A stretch of DNA of 64,000 nt. Origin: an uncultured Candidatus Saccharibacteria bacterium. Its GTDB lineage: Bacteria; Patescibacteriota; Minisyncoccia; Phycocordibacterales; UBA9973. A model generated the notes under the pieces. It did no database searches. It worked only from the letters and a program-made list of their open reading frames with translations, and was not told where the DNA came from. Shown piece after piece: positions 36,543-45,856 of this stretch (position 1 is its first letter; each line of letters begins with the position of its first letter). The stretch lies in contig CAZCFW010000001.1 of NCBI GenBank assembly GCA_964498035.1, positions 57,286 through 121,285 on the forward strand. Reading direction: 5' to 3'. A program made the position numbers and the translations under genes.

Positions 36543-36888
36543 ATTCTATTACAGCCATCTTTGCAGCGTCACCGGCGCGTCTTGGCAATTTAGTAATACG
36601 AGTGTAACCTCCTGTGCGATCCTTGTACTTTGGGGCAATGATATCGATAAGCTTTCCAGCCTCAGCTGTAAGGTTGTAAAGGCGAGCTATCACAAGACGG
36701 CGTGAGTGGATAGTACCTCCGTTTGCAGTCGTAATGAGCTTCTCAATGTGTGGGCGGAGTTCCTTTGCTTTCGCTTCAGTAGTCTCGATACGGCCGTGAG
36801 CAATGATAGCAAGCATCAAACCCTTAAGTAGAGAGTGACGTTGGTTTCTTGTTCTTCCGAATTTTCTGTTATGGTTGTGATGTCTCAT
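36535..36888 (-). CDS. rplQ: 50S ribosomal protein L17
   Basis: MRHHNHNRKFGRTRNQRHSLLKGL...TTEAKAKELRP is the bL17 signature. Confidence 0.9.
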   Translation of the reverse strand: MRHHNHNRKFGRTRNQRHSLLKGLMLAIIAHGRIETTEAKAKELRPHIEKLITTANGGTIHSRRLVIARLYNLTAEAGKLIDIIAPKYKDRTGGYTRITKLPRRAGDAAKMAVIEFV

Positions 36889-36913
36889 AAATTAATTTCT
36901 AATGTTTTAATAA

Positions 36914-37894
36914 TTATTCTTTAAGTGAAATTCCGTATGCAGTCAAAACTTTCTTGATTTCTTGAATGCCTTTCTCACCTATTCCTTCGATCTCAAGAAG
37001 GTCTTCTTTCTTCTTGCGAGCGATACCACCTACAGTGCGGATGTTTGCACTCATAAGTGAATTTAATGTTCTTGTTGAGAAATCAAGTGTGTCGATACGA
37101 GTTTTCAAGATGTCAGTGAATTCACCACCTTCTTCTTTACTATCTTTATCTTCCTTCTCACTATTCTTATCATCGCCAGCAACTTCCTTCGCTGTGTTTC
37201 GGCTCACGCTAAAACCAACGATTGATTCTAATTGCTGTACCATGATTGAAATAGATTGCTCAAGAGCTTCACGAGGAGTAAGAGTACCGTCTGTCTCGAT
37301 AGTCATACGTAGGCGGTTGTGGTTTGTCTTGTCACCCACGCGCATGTTCTCTACTTCGTAAGCAACACGGCGGATCGGAGTGAAGATTGCGTCTACAGAG
37401 ATAGAGCCGATATCAGTCTTTGATTTCTGGTGCATATCTTTTGAAACGAAGCCGAGGCCTTTCACGATTGTCATTTCAATATTCATATTTGCCTTGTCTG
37501 TTATTTCTGCGATATACAAATCTTTGTTTAGAACTTCTACCTGTCCAGAAACAGTAATATCACCTGCAGTCACAAGCTTTGGGCCCTTTACTGAAAGTGT
37601 AACTGTCTGAGGCTCATCTGTAAACAAACGGAAACGAACCTGCTTAAGGTGGAGTAGTATTGTGATCACATCTTCTTTTACGCCATCCATAACTGAGAAT
37701 TCATGCTCAACACCATCAATCTTAAGTGAAGTAATAGCTGCACCTGGTAGAGATGATAGGATAATACGGCGTAGTGAATTACCTAGAGTATGTCCATACC
37801 CTGGGTAAAGTCCGTCGATTTCGTAAATGCCCTTTTTTGCATCTTCAGAAACGACTGCTAATTTAGATGGTAACAAAACTTGTATATCAGACAT
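36914..37894 (-). CDS. rpoA: DNA-directed RNA polymerase subunit alpha
   Basis: N-terminal domain [24 protein letters not shown] and a C-terminal alpha-CTD [20 protein letters not shown]. Confidence 0.9.
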   Translation of the reverse strand: [326 protein letters not shown]

Positions 37895-37957
37895 ATGATT
37901 TTGGCAGCCGAAGCTGCATATATATTTATTATTTATTAAAAATAACCATACGCTCTA

Positions 37958-38566
37958 TTAACGACTATAGAACTCAAGCACAGTTGGTAGATCAAGATAC
38001 CCTTCAGTATTCTTCATCTTACCTTGAACGACTCCTGATAAAGTTGCGACATTAAATGTTAGCCAGTTTGGAATTGTGTAGTCTTTCTGCTTCTTTTCCA
38101 TATCTGTAAATAATGCACTCTTCTTACTTCCTTCACGCACAGCGATTACATCACCGACGCGAACTCTTTGTGAAGCAATAGTAGTCTTCTTGCCGTTTAC
38201 TGTAATGTGACCGTGAGATACCATTTGGCGAGATAGGCGGCGTGTGTGTGCTAGTCCGAGGCGGTATACTACGTTATCAAGTCTTGATTCTAGTAGTTCA
38301 AATAAGTAGTCAGCTGCTATTACACCTTTGTGATCCACAGCTTCGTTGATGTAGTTACCAAATTGCTTTTCAGATAATCCATAAGTAAAACGAACCTTTT
38401 GCTTCTCAATGAACTGAGCAGCATAACCAGAAAGAGCCTTAGGGCGCTTATCTTTCTTGCCTTTATCATGACGAGCTACAGATGCGACGAATTTAGGTGT
38501 TTGACATTTCTCAAACACTCCAGGACCTAATCTTCGGCAAATTTTATATTTTTGTGCTGTTTTCAT
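37958..38566 (-). CDS. rpsD: 30S ribosomal protein S4
   Basis: KYKICRRLG, the S4 RNA-binding domain RLDNVVYRLGLAHTRRLSRQMVSHGHITVNGKK. Confidence 0.9.
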   Translation of the reverse strand: MKTAQKYKICRRLGPGVFEKCQTPKFVASVARHDKGKKDKRPKALSGYAAQFIEKQKVRFTYGLSEKQFGNYINEAVDHKGVIAADYLFELLESRLDNVVYRLGLAHTRRLSRQMVSHGHITVNGKKTTIASQRVRVGDVIAVREGSKKSALFTDMEKKQKDYTIPNWLTFNVATLSGVVQGKMKNTEGYLDLPTVLEFYSR

Positions 38567-38571
38567 ATGTT

Positions 38572-39018
38572 TTATACTCTTCGTGGCTTCTTAGGTTTTG
38601 GACCATTGTGTGGTACAGGTGTAATATCTCTAATTCCAGAAATCTCAATATCAAATGCCATAAAAGATCTTATAGTTGGCTCACGTCCTGAACCTACTCC
38701 CTTAACTACAACATCAACTTCTTTGATTCCTAGGGCCTTAGCTTTTTCACCAAGGACTGATCCAACCTTTGATGCTGCGAAAGGAGTTCCCTTCTTTGCA
38801 CCTTTAAAGCCAAGTGATCCAGCTGATGATGAGAATAAAGTATTACCTTGTTTATCAGTAACAACAGATTTAGTATTGTTGAAAGTAGCTTCAATGTGAA
38901 GAGTACCAGCGACCACCTTCTTCTTTGGTGATTTACCAGATGTTTTCACTACTGGTGCTTCTACTGCTCCTTCTACCTTTTCTTCTTCCTTTTTAGTTGT
39001 AACTTTTTTTGTTGGCAT
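38572..39018 (-). CDS. rpsK: 30S ribosomal protein S11
   Basis: C-terminal PVPHNGPKPKKPRRV and an internal GSLGFKGAKKGTPFAA. Confidence 0.9.
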   Translation of the reverse strand: MPTKKVTTKKEEEKVEGAVEAPVVKTSGKSPKKKVVAGTLHIEATFNNTKSVVTDKQGNTLFSSSAGSLGFKGAKKGTPFAASKVGSVLGEKAKALGIKEVDVVVKGVGSGREPTIRSFMAFDIEISGIRDITPVPHNGPKPKKPRRV

Positions 39019-39032
39019 AATATTATTTAAAA

Positions 39033-39413
39033 TTATTTCTTAGCTTCCTTTCGGCGACCGGATGCCATTGTCTTTCTAACATTTCCACGAACTGTACGAG
39101 AATTTGTCTTTGTTCTTTGGCCGTTTACTGGGAGCTTTCTCATGTGACGGATACCACGGTAAGCCTTCACATCTTTCAAACGCTTTATGTTTGCAGAAAT
39201 CTCACGCTTAAGGTTACCTTCAATACTAAAACCTTCGATGATCTTTCTGATAGCATTTTCTTCATCTACAGTAAGAGTGTCGCCTTTTGTTCTTGGGTCA
39301 ATCTTTACTTCTTTCAAAACCTTACGGGCACGAGATAGACCAATACCATAAAGCGCTGTGAGCGCAATATCTAAATGCTTATCATTAGGAATGTTTATAC
39401 CGAGTATTCTCAT
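39033..39413 (-). CDS. rpsM: 30S ribosomal protein S13
   Basis: MRILGINIPNDKHLDIALTALYGIGLSRA is the uS13 signature. Confidence 0.9.
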   Translation of the reverse strand: MRILGINIPNDKHLDIALTALYGIGLSRARKVLKEVKIDPRTKGDTLTVDEENAIRKIIEGFSIEGNLKREISANIKRLKDVKAYRGIRHMRKLPVNGQRTKTNSRTVRGNVRKTMASGRRKEAKK

Positions 39414-39416
39414 ATA

Positions 39417-39527
39417 TTATTGCTTTTGCTTGTGCTTAGGGTTCTCACAAATAACAAGAACATGGCCAGCTCTTTTGACCATTTTACATTTCGCACAAAT
39501 TTTTTTAACTGCTGATTTAATTTTCAT
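39417..39527 (-). CDS. rpmJ: 50S ribosomal protein L36
   Basis: Unannotated 36-aa minus-strand [39 protein letters not shown]. It has the zinc-ribbon CxxC...C...H of bL36 and sits between infA and rpsM as in canonical operons. Confidence 0.85.
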   Translation of the reverse strand: MKIKSAVKKICAKCKMVKRAGHVLVICENPKHKQKQ

Positions 39528-39656
39528 TGGTAATAAAATAACGTATAAAATAACGAAATAAAATAAAGGGTTTTAACCCTGTATTAACTTCGGGATATAT
39601 GGGACCATAATACACTATATCTTTATTTAATGCAAGTCCTCATATGTGGAAGCAAA

Positions 39657-39872
39657 TTACACACGCTTAATGATACGACCCTTACCACCGTATGGGTCGA
39701 TAAGCACCTCTACTCTGTCTCCCACGAGCACCTTGATTCTGTGCATGCGCATCTTGCCAGAAAGATAAGCGATGATTAGTTTATCATCACCTAAGTCTAC
39801 TCGAAAAAGAGTATTTGGGAGCGCTTCTGTAACTGTCGCCATTAAAGTATTATTTTCGTTTTGCTGATTCAT
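39657..39872 (-). CDS. infA: translation initiation factor IF-1
   Basis: S1-like OB fold with LPNTLFRVDLGDDKLIIAYLSGKMRMHRIKVLVGDRVEVLIDPYGGKGRIIKR. Confidence 0.85.
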   Translation of the reverse strand: MNQQNENNTLMATVTEALPNTLFRVDLGDDKLIIAYLSGKMRMHRIKVLVGDRVEVLIDPYGGKGRIIKRV

Positions 39873-39921
39873 GAATTTAGTCTTTATATAATACTAAATT
39901 TTTAGTATATAGTCAATAATT

Positions 39922-41295
39922 CTATTCTAAAGTAATTGATATATGATTCACATCTGTCGGCACACTTGCCTGCCATGGTGGGCGGAATATTGCACGTGCG
40001 CGAGACACACCAGGATCTGTAGTATATATTTCATCAAGATTTTCTTTTGATACCCCAGAGAGTCTACCTTTCAGAGTTTCAATTAATGGGCTCCAAAGTA
40101 GAGTATCTTTACCACTCAAAGAAAATTTAAATGAGTTAATTGTTTTAGAAATTACTGTCGTATCGTCCACATATTCAAAAATAAGATTCTTCATATTTGG
40201 TGAATTTACTTCAGATAATTCTAAGTCCTTAACTTCTGGGTACACATTTCTAATTATAGCTTCTCGTAATTCACTTTCCTTAAATATCGGTGCTGAAAGA
40301 GTGCCTTGCAACGACACGAAGCCTTCTTTTGTTTTTGATTGAAATGCACTGTCGGTAAGAGTTTTATTATATTGCATACCTCCTGTGTATACTATATATC
40401 CAGGTGGTACTTGAGCTTGAAACTTCTTGAGTAATTTATTGTACAGTGCTGTACTACCCTCGACTGTTGCCTTGCCTTTCCCTTCAGCTGAAAGCACATA
40501 GAAATTACCAACTTCTCCGCCCGTAAGTGGAGTACTTGAGCGTGCATATATCTTTGTACTCTTAGTAGTACCAGCATAGCCAACAATAGTGAAATCTCTA
40601 GGACTGCCATTATATAACGGTCCAGGCATAGATGCTGTGACATCAACTTCCACACTGCCAGGAACAATCTTTGATCCTGTACCAGTAAAGCCCGGTATAG
40701 TGATTTCTTTATCAGTGTAATAAATCTGCTTCTTATCATCAGAAATTCTTGTATTTATAGATAATTTTTGAGGTTTCGAGCTAAACTTATTGTAAAACAC
40801 TACCTTACCTTTTGCCTTAGTGGAAATTTCTTTCATTTCTGTAAACACTGCTTCATTCTTGTCTTCACCATCCACAATCATAATCTCAAAATGTAGTGGT
40901 GCATTTATTTCTTTACTTGCTGTAAAGGATTCCTTTTCAAAAGTATAATCCATAGTCTTTGGAGTAATGTATATTTGAACATATGAAAAATATTTATTCA
41001 CCAGAAGAATTGCACCGCCTAGTATAGCAAGTACAAGGAATATTAGAGTAAAAATCTTTTTTGAAGAAGAGTTATGCTTTACTTCTATAAATTTCCCTAC
41101 TGGTTCATATTCATCCTCCTCAACTTCTCTGATTTTAGGTTCTGATCTTCTTAGTAAATTCTTAAACTCATCCACTTTCTCTGGCTGTACTGCCACATTT
41201 TCCTCATTATTTACATCAGAAATCTCCGCGGGTATAGGTTTAATCCTCCTCGGTCTATCTGTGGGTACTATATCCTGAACTATTCTTGGGCTCAT
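39922..41295 (-). CDS. membrane-anchored extracytoplasmic protein of unknown function
   Basis: 457 aa. About 80 aa of charged cytoplasmic N-terminus, a single TM (IFTLIFLVLAILGGAILLV) and a large G/T/S-rich outer domain. Overlaps the upstream ASKHA gene by 4 nt. Confidence 0.45.
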   Translation of the reverse strand: MSPRIVQDIVPTDRPRRIKPIPAEISDVNNEENVAVQPEKVDEFKNLLRRSEPKIREVEEDEYEPVGKFIEVKHNSSSKKIFTLIFLVLAILGGAILLVNKYFSYVQIYITPKTMDYTFEKESFTASKEINAPLHFEIMIVDGEDKNEAVFTEMKEISTKAKGKVVFYNKFSSKPQKLSINTRISDDKKQIYYTDKEITIPGFTGTGSKIVPGSVEVDVTASMPGPLYNGSPRDFTIVGYAGTTKSTKIYARSSTPLTGGEVGNFYVLSAEGKGKATVEGSTALYNKLLKKFQAQVPPGYIVYTGGMQYNKTLTDSAFQSKTKEGFVSLQGTLSAPIFKESELREAIIRNVYPEVKDLELSEVNSPNMKNLIFEYVDDTTVISKTINSFKFSLSGKDTLLWSPLIETLKGRLSGVSKENLDEIYTTDPGVSRARAIFRPPWQASVPTDVNHISITLE

Positions 41296-42491
41296 ATATT
41301 TGATTCCGCTTGATAAGCACGACTAACTGCTATAGCTTCTATCATTAAAAATGGATCACATCCACCGCTATTTATTTTACAAATATCTAAAAAGAGTTGC
41401 CCACCTAATGTTGTAACAGTAAACTTTTTTCGTTCAGCATTATCCCCGATTTGTATACCTTCAGCTATAACTTCACGAAACCACAACCCAGTATCTATAT
41501 CTGTGATTAGGAAAATCATTTGTGGTATTGCAATAGTCTTTGGAAGTAATGCGAGAGATTTCTCAAACATTTTACTCCAAGATTTTTGAACTTGCTCAAC
41601 TGTTTCTGTCATTTCTTTCTTCGACTTATCATTTAGCATATTGTTTGTATGAAGAGAAATCATCGAGCGTGCTTGTCCCTCTGGCATTCCAAATTCTTTA
41701 AATGCTCTTATGATCCCATGCTTTCCCACAGGGAATGACACTGCAGAAATCAGCACATTTGAAGTTACAATGGAAATGTCTGTGAGCTCTCCACGAATGT
41801 CTATAAGGAAATATGCATCGTTATCACCAAATCTTTCTTGAGCACCTGCAAAAATTGATGATAGAAATGTCGTAAATGTAACTGGTACATGGTGAAATAC
41901 TCTTTCTAAGCCTTCTCTTATACGAGCAAGGCAAATTTCTGGACTAATACCAACAAATAAATACAAATCTAAACTTTTTGCATATTTATCTAGTGGATTG
42001 TCGACTAAATATCCGTTTAACCTACTTTGGAAAATTTTACTCTCAACTAATGTAGAGCTACCATCAACTTCTTCGTATTTTTTCTTATAATTTTCAGAAA
42101 GGTTTTTCAATTCATCATTTACTAATCCATCTACCACGCTCCTACTCACAAGGAAAGGCTCAACTTTCTCAAGATGAAGTTTACGAGTTTCGCCCACATA
42201 CCATGGTGAAGCAAGCACACAGATGATCTCTTCCGGTGCACCAACTTTCATATTATATATTTGAGTTGCAGAAGAAAATAAAGACTTTTGCATATCGACG
42301 AAAAATGTTTCAAAATCTAGACTATCTTGAAATGTAATATCGATGCGAGACTGTGCGATTATTATAGGCTCAGGTTGACTGCCATTTACAGAAGGGAAAA
42401 TCTTTACAATTGCACCAGCTACACTACCAGAACCAATATCAAATATTGCAACTATCTTTTCCTTATTTTTACTTCTACTAAAAAATCCCAT
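41292..42491 (-). CDS. ASKHA-fold (actin-like) ATPase, FtsA/PilM/Ppx-GppA-like
   Basis: N-terminal phosphate-1 loop KIVAIFDIGSGSVAGAIVKIF and a later YFLIDIRGELTDISIV (phosphate-2-like). It is 399 aa. The subfamily is uncertain. Confidence 0.5.
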   Translation of the reverse strand: MGFFSRSKNKEKIVAIFDIGSGSVAGAIVKIFPSVNGSQPEPIIIAQSRIDITFQDSLDFETFFVDMQKSLFSSATQIYNMKVGAPEEIICVLASPWYVGETRKLHLEKVEPFLVSRSVVDGLVNDELKNLSENYKKKYEEVDGSSTLVESKIFQSRLNGYLVDNPLDKYAKSLDLYLFVGISPEICLARIREGLERVFHHVPVTFTTFLSSIFAGAQERFGDNDAYFLIDIRGELTDISIVTSNVLISAVSFPVGKHGIIRAFKEFGMPEGQARSMISLHTNNMLNDKSKKEMTETVEQVQKSWSKMFEKSLALLPKTIAIPQMIFLITDIDTGLWFREVIAEGIQIGDNAERKKFTVTTLGGQLFLDICKINSGGCDPFLMIEAIAVSRAYQAESNI

Positions 42492-42510
42492 ATTGATTTA
42501 TTATACTACA

Positions 42511-42600
42511 GACTAGGTTCTAGTAGCTAGTGACTAGGTACTAGCTTTAAGAATTTTATTTTGTTTTTCTAGAAACTAGAACCTAACTACTAGAAACTAA
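42511..42600. promoter_or_regulatory. CTAG-dense repeat array with 21-bp spacing (iteron or operator-like)
   Basis: 8 CTAG tetramers in 90 bp. gactaggt repeats at 42511 and 42532, and ctagaaacta repeats at 42570 and 42591, each 21 bp apart. aggttctag/ctagaacct and ctagtag/ctactag are inverted partners. Confidence 0.4.
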
Positions 42601-44342
42601 TCCAAGATTGCCTTTATTCGGCGGATGCCGGCAGCGACTGCTTCTTCTTTTTGAATTTTAAAATGCCCGAGCTCTTTTGTGTTTGTGATATGCGGTCCTC
42701 CGCAGAATTCTTTTGAGAATTGATTACCACTTTCATCTTCCACAAAGTATACGGACACAGTTTCAGGATACTTTGCGCCGAATTCCATTTGAGCACCAAT
42801 CTTCTCAGCTTCAGCAAGCGGCATCTCACGGCGAATTACATTAAGTCCTGCATTTATCTTCTCATTTACTAGGTCTTCCACTTTCTTTTTCTCCTCGTCA
42901 GTAAGCTTATGGTCGCACATGAAGTCGATACGGAGTCTTTCCTCAGTAATATTACTTCCTCTTTGCTTTATATCAGGGCTCACCACTTGCTGGAGTGCTG
43001 CTAGGAGCAGATGGTGCGCAGTATGAAGGCGAATTGTCTTCTCGTTGTGATTTGCAAGTCCACCTTTAAACATTCCTGCAGAAGAAGTTTGTGAAAGTTT
43101 CTGATGCTCTGCCATTTTTGTATTAAAATCTTCTAGATTAACTTCTATTCCCTTTTCCTTAGCAATTTCAAGAGTAAGCTCTATTGGGAAACCGTATGTA
43201 GTAGCAAGTACAAATGGATCTGTACCTTTTTCAAACTCTTTTAGGCCATTCGTGAGCGTTTGGCGGAATTTCGACTCTTCATTTGAGATTTCTTTTTTAA
43301 TTTGCTCACTATTTGTAAGTAATTCAGAATAGACTTCTTTATACTGCTCAATAATAATGTCTACAATTTCAGAAAGTGCCTCATTCTTAAATCCAAGAGT
43401 ATCTGCGAACCTTACTGCACGTCGAAGTAATCTGCGAAGGATATATCCGCGTCCTGTGTTTCCAGGAATTGCACCGTCTGCCATAATAAATACACTTGTA
43501 CGAATATGATCCGCAACAATTCTTTTTGCTTTTGTATTATCTACGGTTGAGTGTTCATTTATTTTGGAAATAATATTGGAAAACAAGTCAGTATCAAAAA
43601 TGTTATTTTTTCCTTGCACTGCCATTACGACACGCTCAAGTCCTGAACCGGTGTCCACATTCTGCTGAGATAATTTTCCTATAACTTTCCCATCCTTTTT
43701 TACATACTGCATAAAAACGTCGTTCCAAATTTCCACGACTTGCTGTGCCTCGTCGGCATTCATGTATTCTTCCTTTGTGAGGTCACCAAGTCCTTCTGTT
43801 GTGACATCGTAAAACATTTCCGTGTCAGGTCCGCATGGGCCATTGTCTCCCACACTCCACCAGTTTGACTTTGCACCCATAAAATAAATTCTATTTTCAG
43901 GAATATACTTTTTCCAAATTTCAAATGCTTCTGTGTCCTTCGGAGAATTTTCATCACCCTCAAAAACCGTAATATATAGTTTTTTTGGATCAAGTCCTAA
44001 ACCTTCCTCTTTAGAAGTAAGGAATTCATAGCTCCATGCTATAGCTTCATCTTTAAAATAGTCACCGAGAGACCAGTTACCCATCATTTCGAAAAATGTA
44101 TCATGAGTATTGTCACCAACTTCGTCTATGTCTTGAGTACGAACGCATTTCTGCACGTTTACTAACTTCGTGCCTAATGGATGCTTCTCTCCCATAAGGT
44201 ACGGCACAAGAGGCTGCATTCCAGCTGTGTTGAAAAGCACAGAAGGATCGTTCTCTGGCACAAGTGATGCTGAAGGGATTATTTTGTGGCCACGCTTCTC
44301 AAAAAAGGCGAGGAAACGTGAGCGAATTTCATTTGATTGCAT
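42597..44342 (-). CDS. alaS: alanine--tRNA ligase, short form (catalytic, tRNA-binding and editing regions, no C-Ala domain)
   Basis: N-terminus RSRFLAFFEKRGHKIIPSASLVPENDPSVLFNTAGMQP. The editing-site HxxxH block HTAHHLLLAALQ is present. It is only 581 aa against about 870 for canonical AlaRS. Confidence 0.85.
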   Translation of the reverse strand: MQSNEIRSRFLAFFEKRGHKIIPSASLVPENDPSVLFNTAGMQPLVPYLMGEKHPLGTKLVNVQKCVRTQDIDEVGDNTHDTFFEMMGNWSLGDYFKDEAIAWSYEFLTSKEEGLGLDPKKLYITVFEGDENSPKDTEAFEIWKKYIPENRIYFMGAKSNWWSVGDNGPCGPDTEMFYDVTTEGLGDLTKEEYMNADEAQQVVEIWNDVFMQYVKKDGKVIGKLSQQNVDTGSGLERVVMAVQGKNNIFDTDLFSNIISKINEHSTVDNTKAKRIVADHIRTSVFIMADGAIPGNTGRGYILRRLLRRAVRFADTLGFKNEALSEIVDIIIEQYKEVYSELLTNSEQIKKEISNEESKFRQTLTNGLKEFEKGTDPFVLATTYGFPIELTLEIAKEKGIEVNLEDFNTKMAEHQKLSQTSSAGMFKGGLANHNEKTIRLHTAHHLLLAALQQVVSPDIKQRGSNITEERLRIDFMCDHKLTDEEKKKVEDLVNEKINAGLNVIRREMPLAEAEKIGAQMEFGAKYPETVSVYFVEDESGNQFSKEFCGGPHITNTKELGHFKIQKEEAVAAGIRRIKAILD

Positions 44343-44405
44343 TTTTATACTATAGCAAATAATAGCCTAAATTAAAATCACCCCAGAGTGGAGTGATTTT
44401 AATTT

Positions 44406-44897
44406 CTATTGGCCGATATCCTGAGAATTCTGAGGCAAGTCGTTTACAAATTTTGACTTTCGGAGCTTTTCCTCTAAAAACCAGAGAACAATGAAAATAA
44501 AGAGTGTGAGCACAGTAGCAACCAGAGCTAAACTATATAGACCGAAACCACAAGCCATACCAATACCTGCCGAGACCCAAAGGCCTGTTGCAGTAGTGAG
44601 ACCCATAAGCTTATTTTCCTTTGTAAAAATTAAGCCCGTGCCGATAAACCCAATTCCCACGATTATTTGAGCAACTATCATAGTAGGATTGAGTCCTGGT
44701 AGTCCTATATACATCTTCACAACCTCCTCAGAAATAAGCACAAAGAGTGCTGAGCCCATAGCCACAAGCGCATAAGTACGCATACCAGCTGTCTTGTGTG
44801 CCCACACACGCTCCATACCAATAATCATTCCTAAAATAAGCGCGACTCCGAGGTGAGTAAGAATATCTAGATTCATAGGGTTTAAAATATTTTGCAT
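44406..44897 (-). CDS. MgtC/SapB family membrane protein
   Basis: LGVALILGMIIGMERVWAHKTAGMRTYALVAMGSALFVL matches the MgtC GxxIGxERxxxxKxAGxRT signature. It is 163 aa with 4-5 TM. Confidence 0.65.
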   Translation of the reverse strand: MQNILNPMNLDILTHLGVALILGMIIGMERVWAHKTAGMRTYALVAMGSALFVLISEEVVKMYIGLPGLNPTMIVAQIIVGIGFIGTGLIFTKENKLMGLTTATGLWVSAGIGMACGFGLYSLALVATVLTLFIFIVLWFLEEKLRKSKFVNDLPQNSQDIGQ

Positions 44898-45005
44898 ATT
44901 TATATAATATCAAATTTTAATATTATATGTAATAGAATATGTTGATAACAAAAGACTACTTTAATGTTAAGCCTTAAGTTGACAGATTATAGATTCTAGA
45001 GTATT

Positions 45006-45851
45006 GTGAAGAAAAATATAAAAATAAATATGACACTTACCACTTCCACAAGTGTGGACAATCTAGCCTTTATCCCCATTGATGAATTGCGTAGTTTCAT
45101 AGATGACGCAATCAACACCGTTAAGATCCACCCAAACACTGAGTGGATATTCAAAAATGTAATATTTGAAAATTTGGTTGGAGATTATAAGATAATCCCG
45201 GAGTATCGAATGCTTCGAGCTGCAATTGTGATTTTTACTGAGAGTATTTTTTCATGTTATGCACATTCAAAAATGCTTGAAGAACTCTTTCACACAAAAG
45301 AAGTGTACAATGCACTACGATTTGGTGATCACTTGCCATACATAAATGCATTACAAATTCTAAACACTGATTCTTTACTAAAGGAAAAATCTCATATTCT
45401 GATCAAGAATATTGTAGATTTCCAAATAGAAAATGCAGAGTTAATGGAGATCTTTAATCCTAAAATTGATTTCCCTAATCATAGTCAAAATCTTCCCGTC
45501 CAAATCCGAGATAAATTTGTGGATTTATTACTTAAAATAATTTCAGAAGAGAGTTGCAAATACTATTCTTCTAAAATTTATCCTAATGGATTCAGTGTTG
45601 AGGAGATTGTATCCCCATGGAGGAAAAGAGAAGTTGCGCAGTGTAGATACGTATTTATTTTTATATTCCGTAATGAATATAAAAAACTTTCGCAAACTGA
45701 AATTGGCAAACCAGTAGGTGGGAAAGATCATTCTACTGTATCTCATGCTATTGCTATGCATAATGAGTTGTTTGTATGTGATGAGACTTACAAATCATTT
45801 TACATAGCAGTTATCTCAAAAATAAAACTAATCACGCAAAAAATTGCGTGA
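45006..45851 (+). CDS. hypothetical protein with a C-terminal DnaA domain-IV-like helix-turn-helix
   Basis: C-terminal KREVAQCRYVFIFIFRNEYKKLSQTEIGKPVGGKDHSTVSHAIAMHNE. This parallels the DnaA_C block ARQIAMYLxR..t..SlpxIGxxFGGRDHTTVlHAxxKI. The N-terminal 200 aa are unrecognised. Confidence 0.45.
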   Translation: MKKNIKINMTLTTSTSVDNLAFIPIDELRSFIDDAINTVKIHPNTEWIFKNVIFENLVGDYKIIPEYRMLRAAIVIFTESIFSCYAHSKMLEELFHTKEVYNALRFGDHLPYINALQILNTDSLLKEKSHILIKNIVDFQIENAELMEIFNPKIDFPNHSQNLPVQIRDKFVDLLLKIISEESCKYYSSKIYPNGFSVEEIVSPWRKREVAQCRYVFIFIFRNEYKKLSQTEIGKPVGGKDHSTVSHAIAMHNELFVCDETYKSFYIAVISKIKLITQKIA

Positions 45852-45856
45852 TTTTT

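Noticed and set aside
40392-40739. 115-aa minus-strand ORF inside the 457-aa membrane-protein gene region
   Set aside because: Fully nested in a longer ORF of the same strand in another frame. No motif. Treated as spurious.
42511-42600. Whether the CTAG repeat region is a CRISPR array
   Set aside because: It is only about 90 bp, with no regularly spaced identical direct repeats separating unique spacers and no cas genes nearby. Interpreted as a binding-site array instead.
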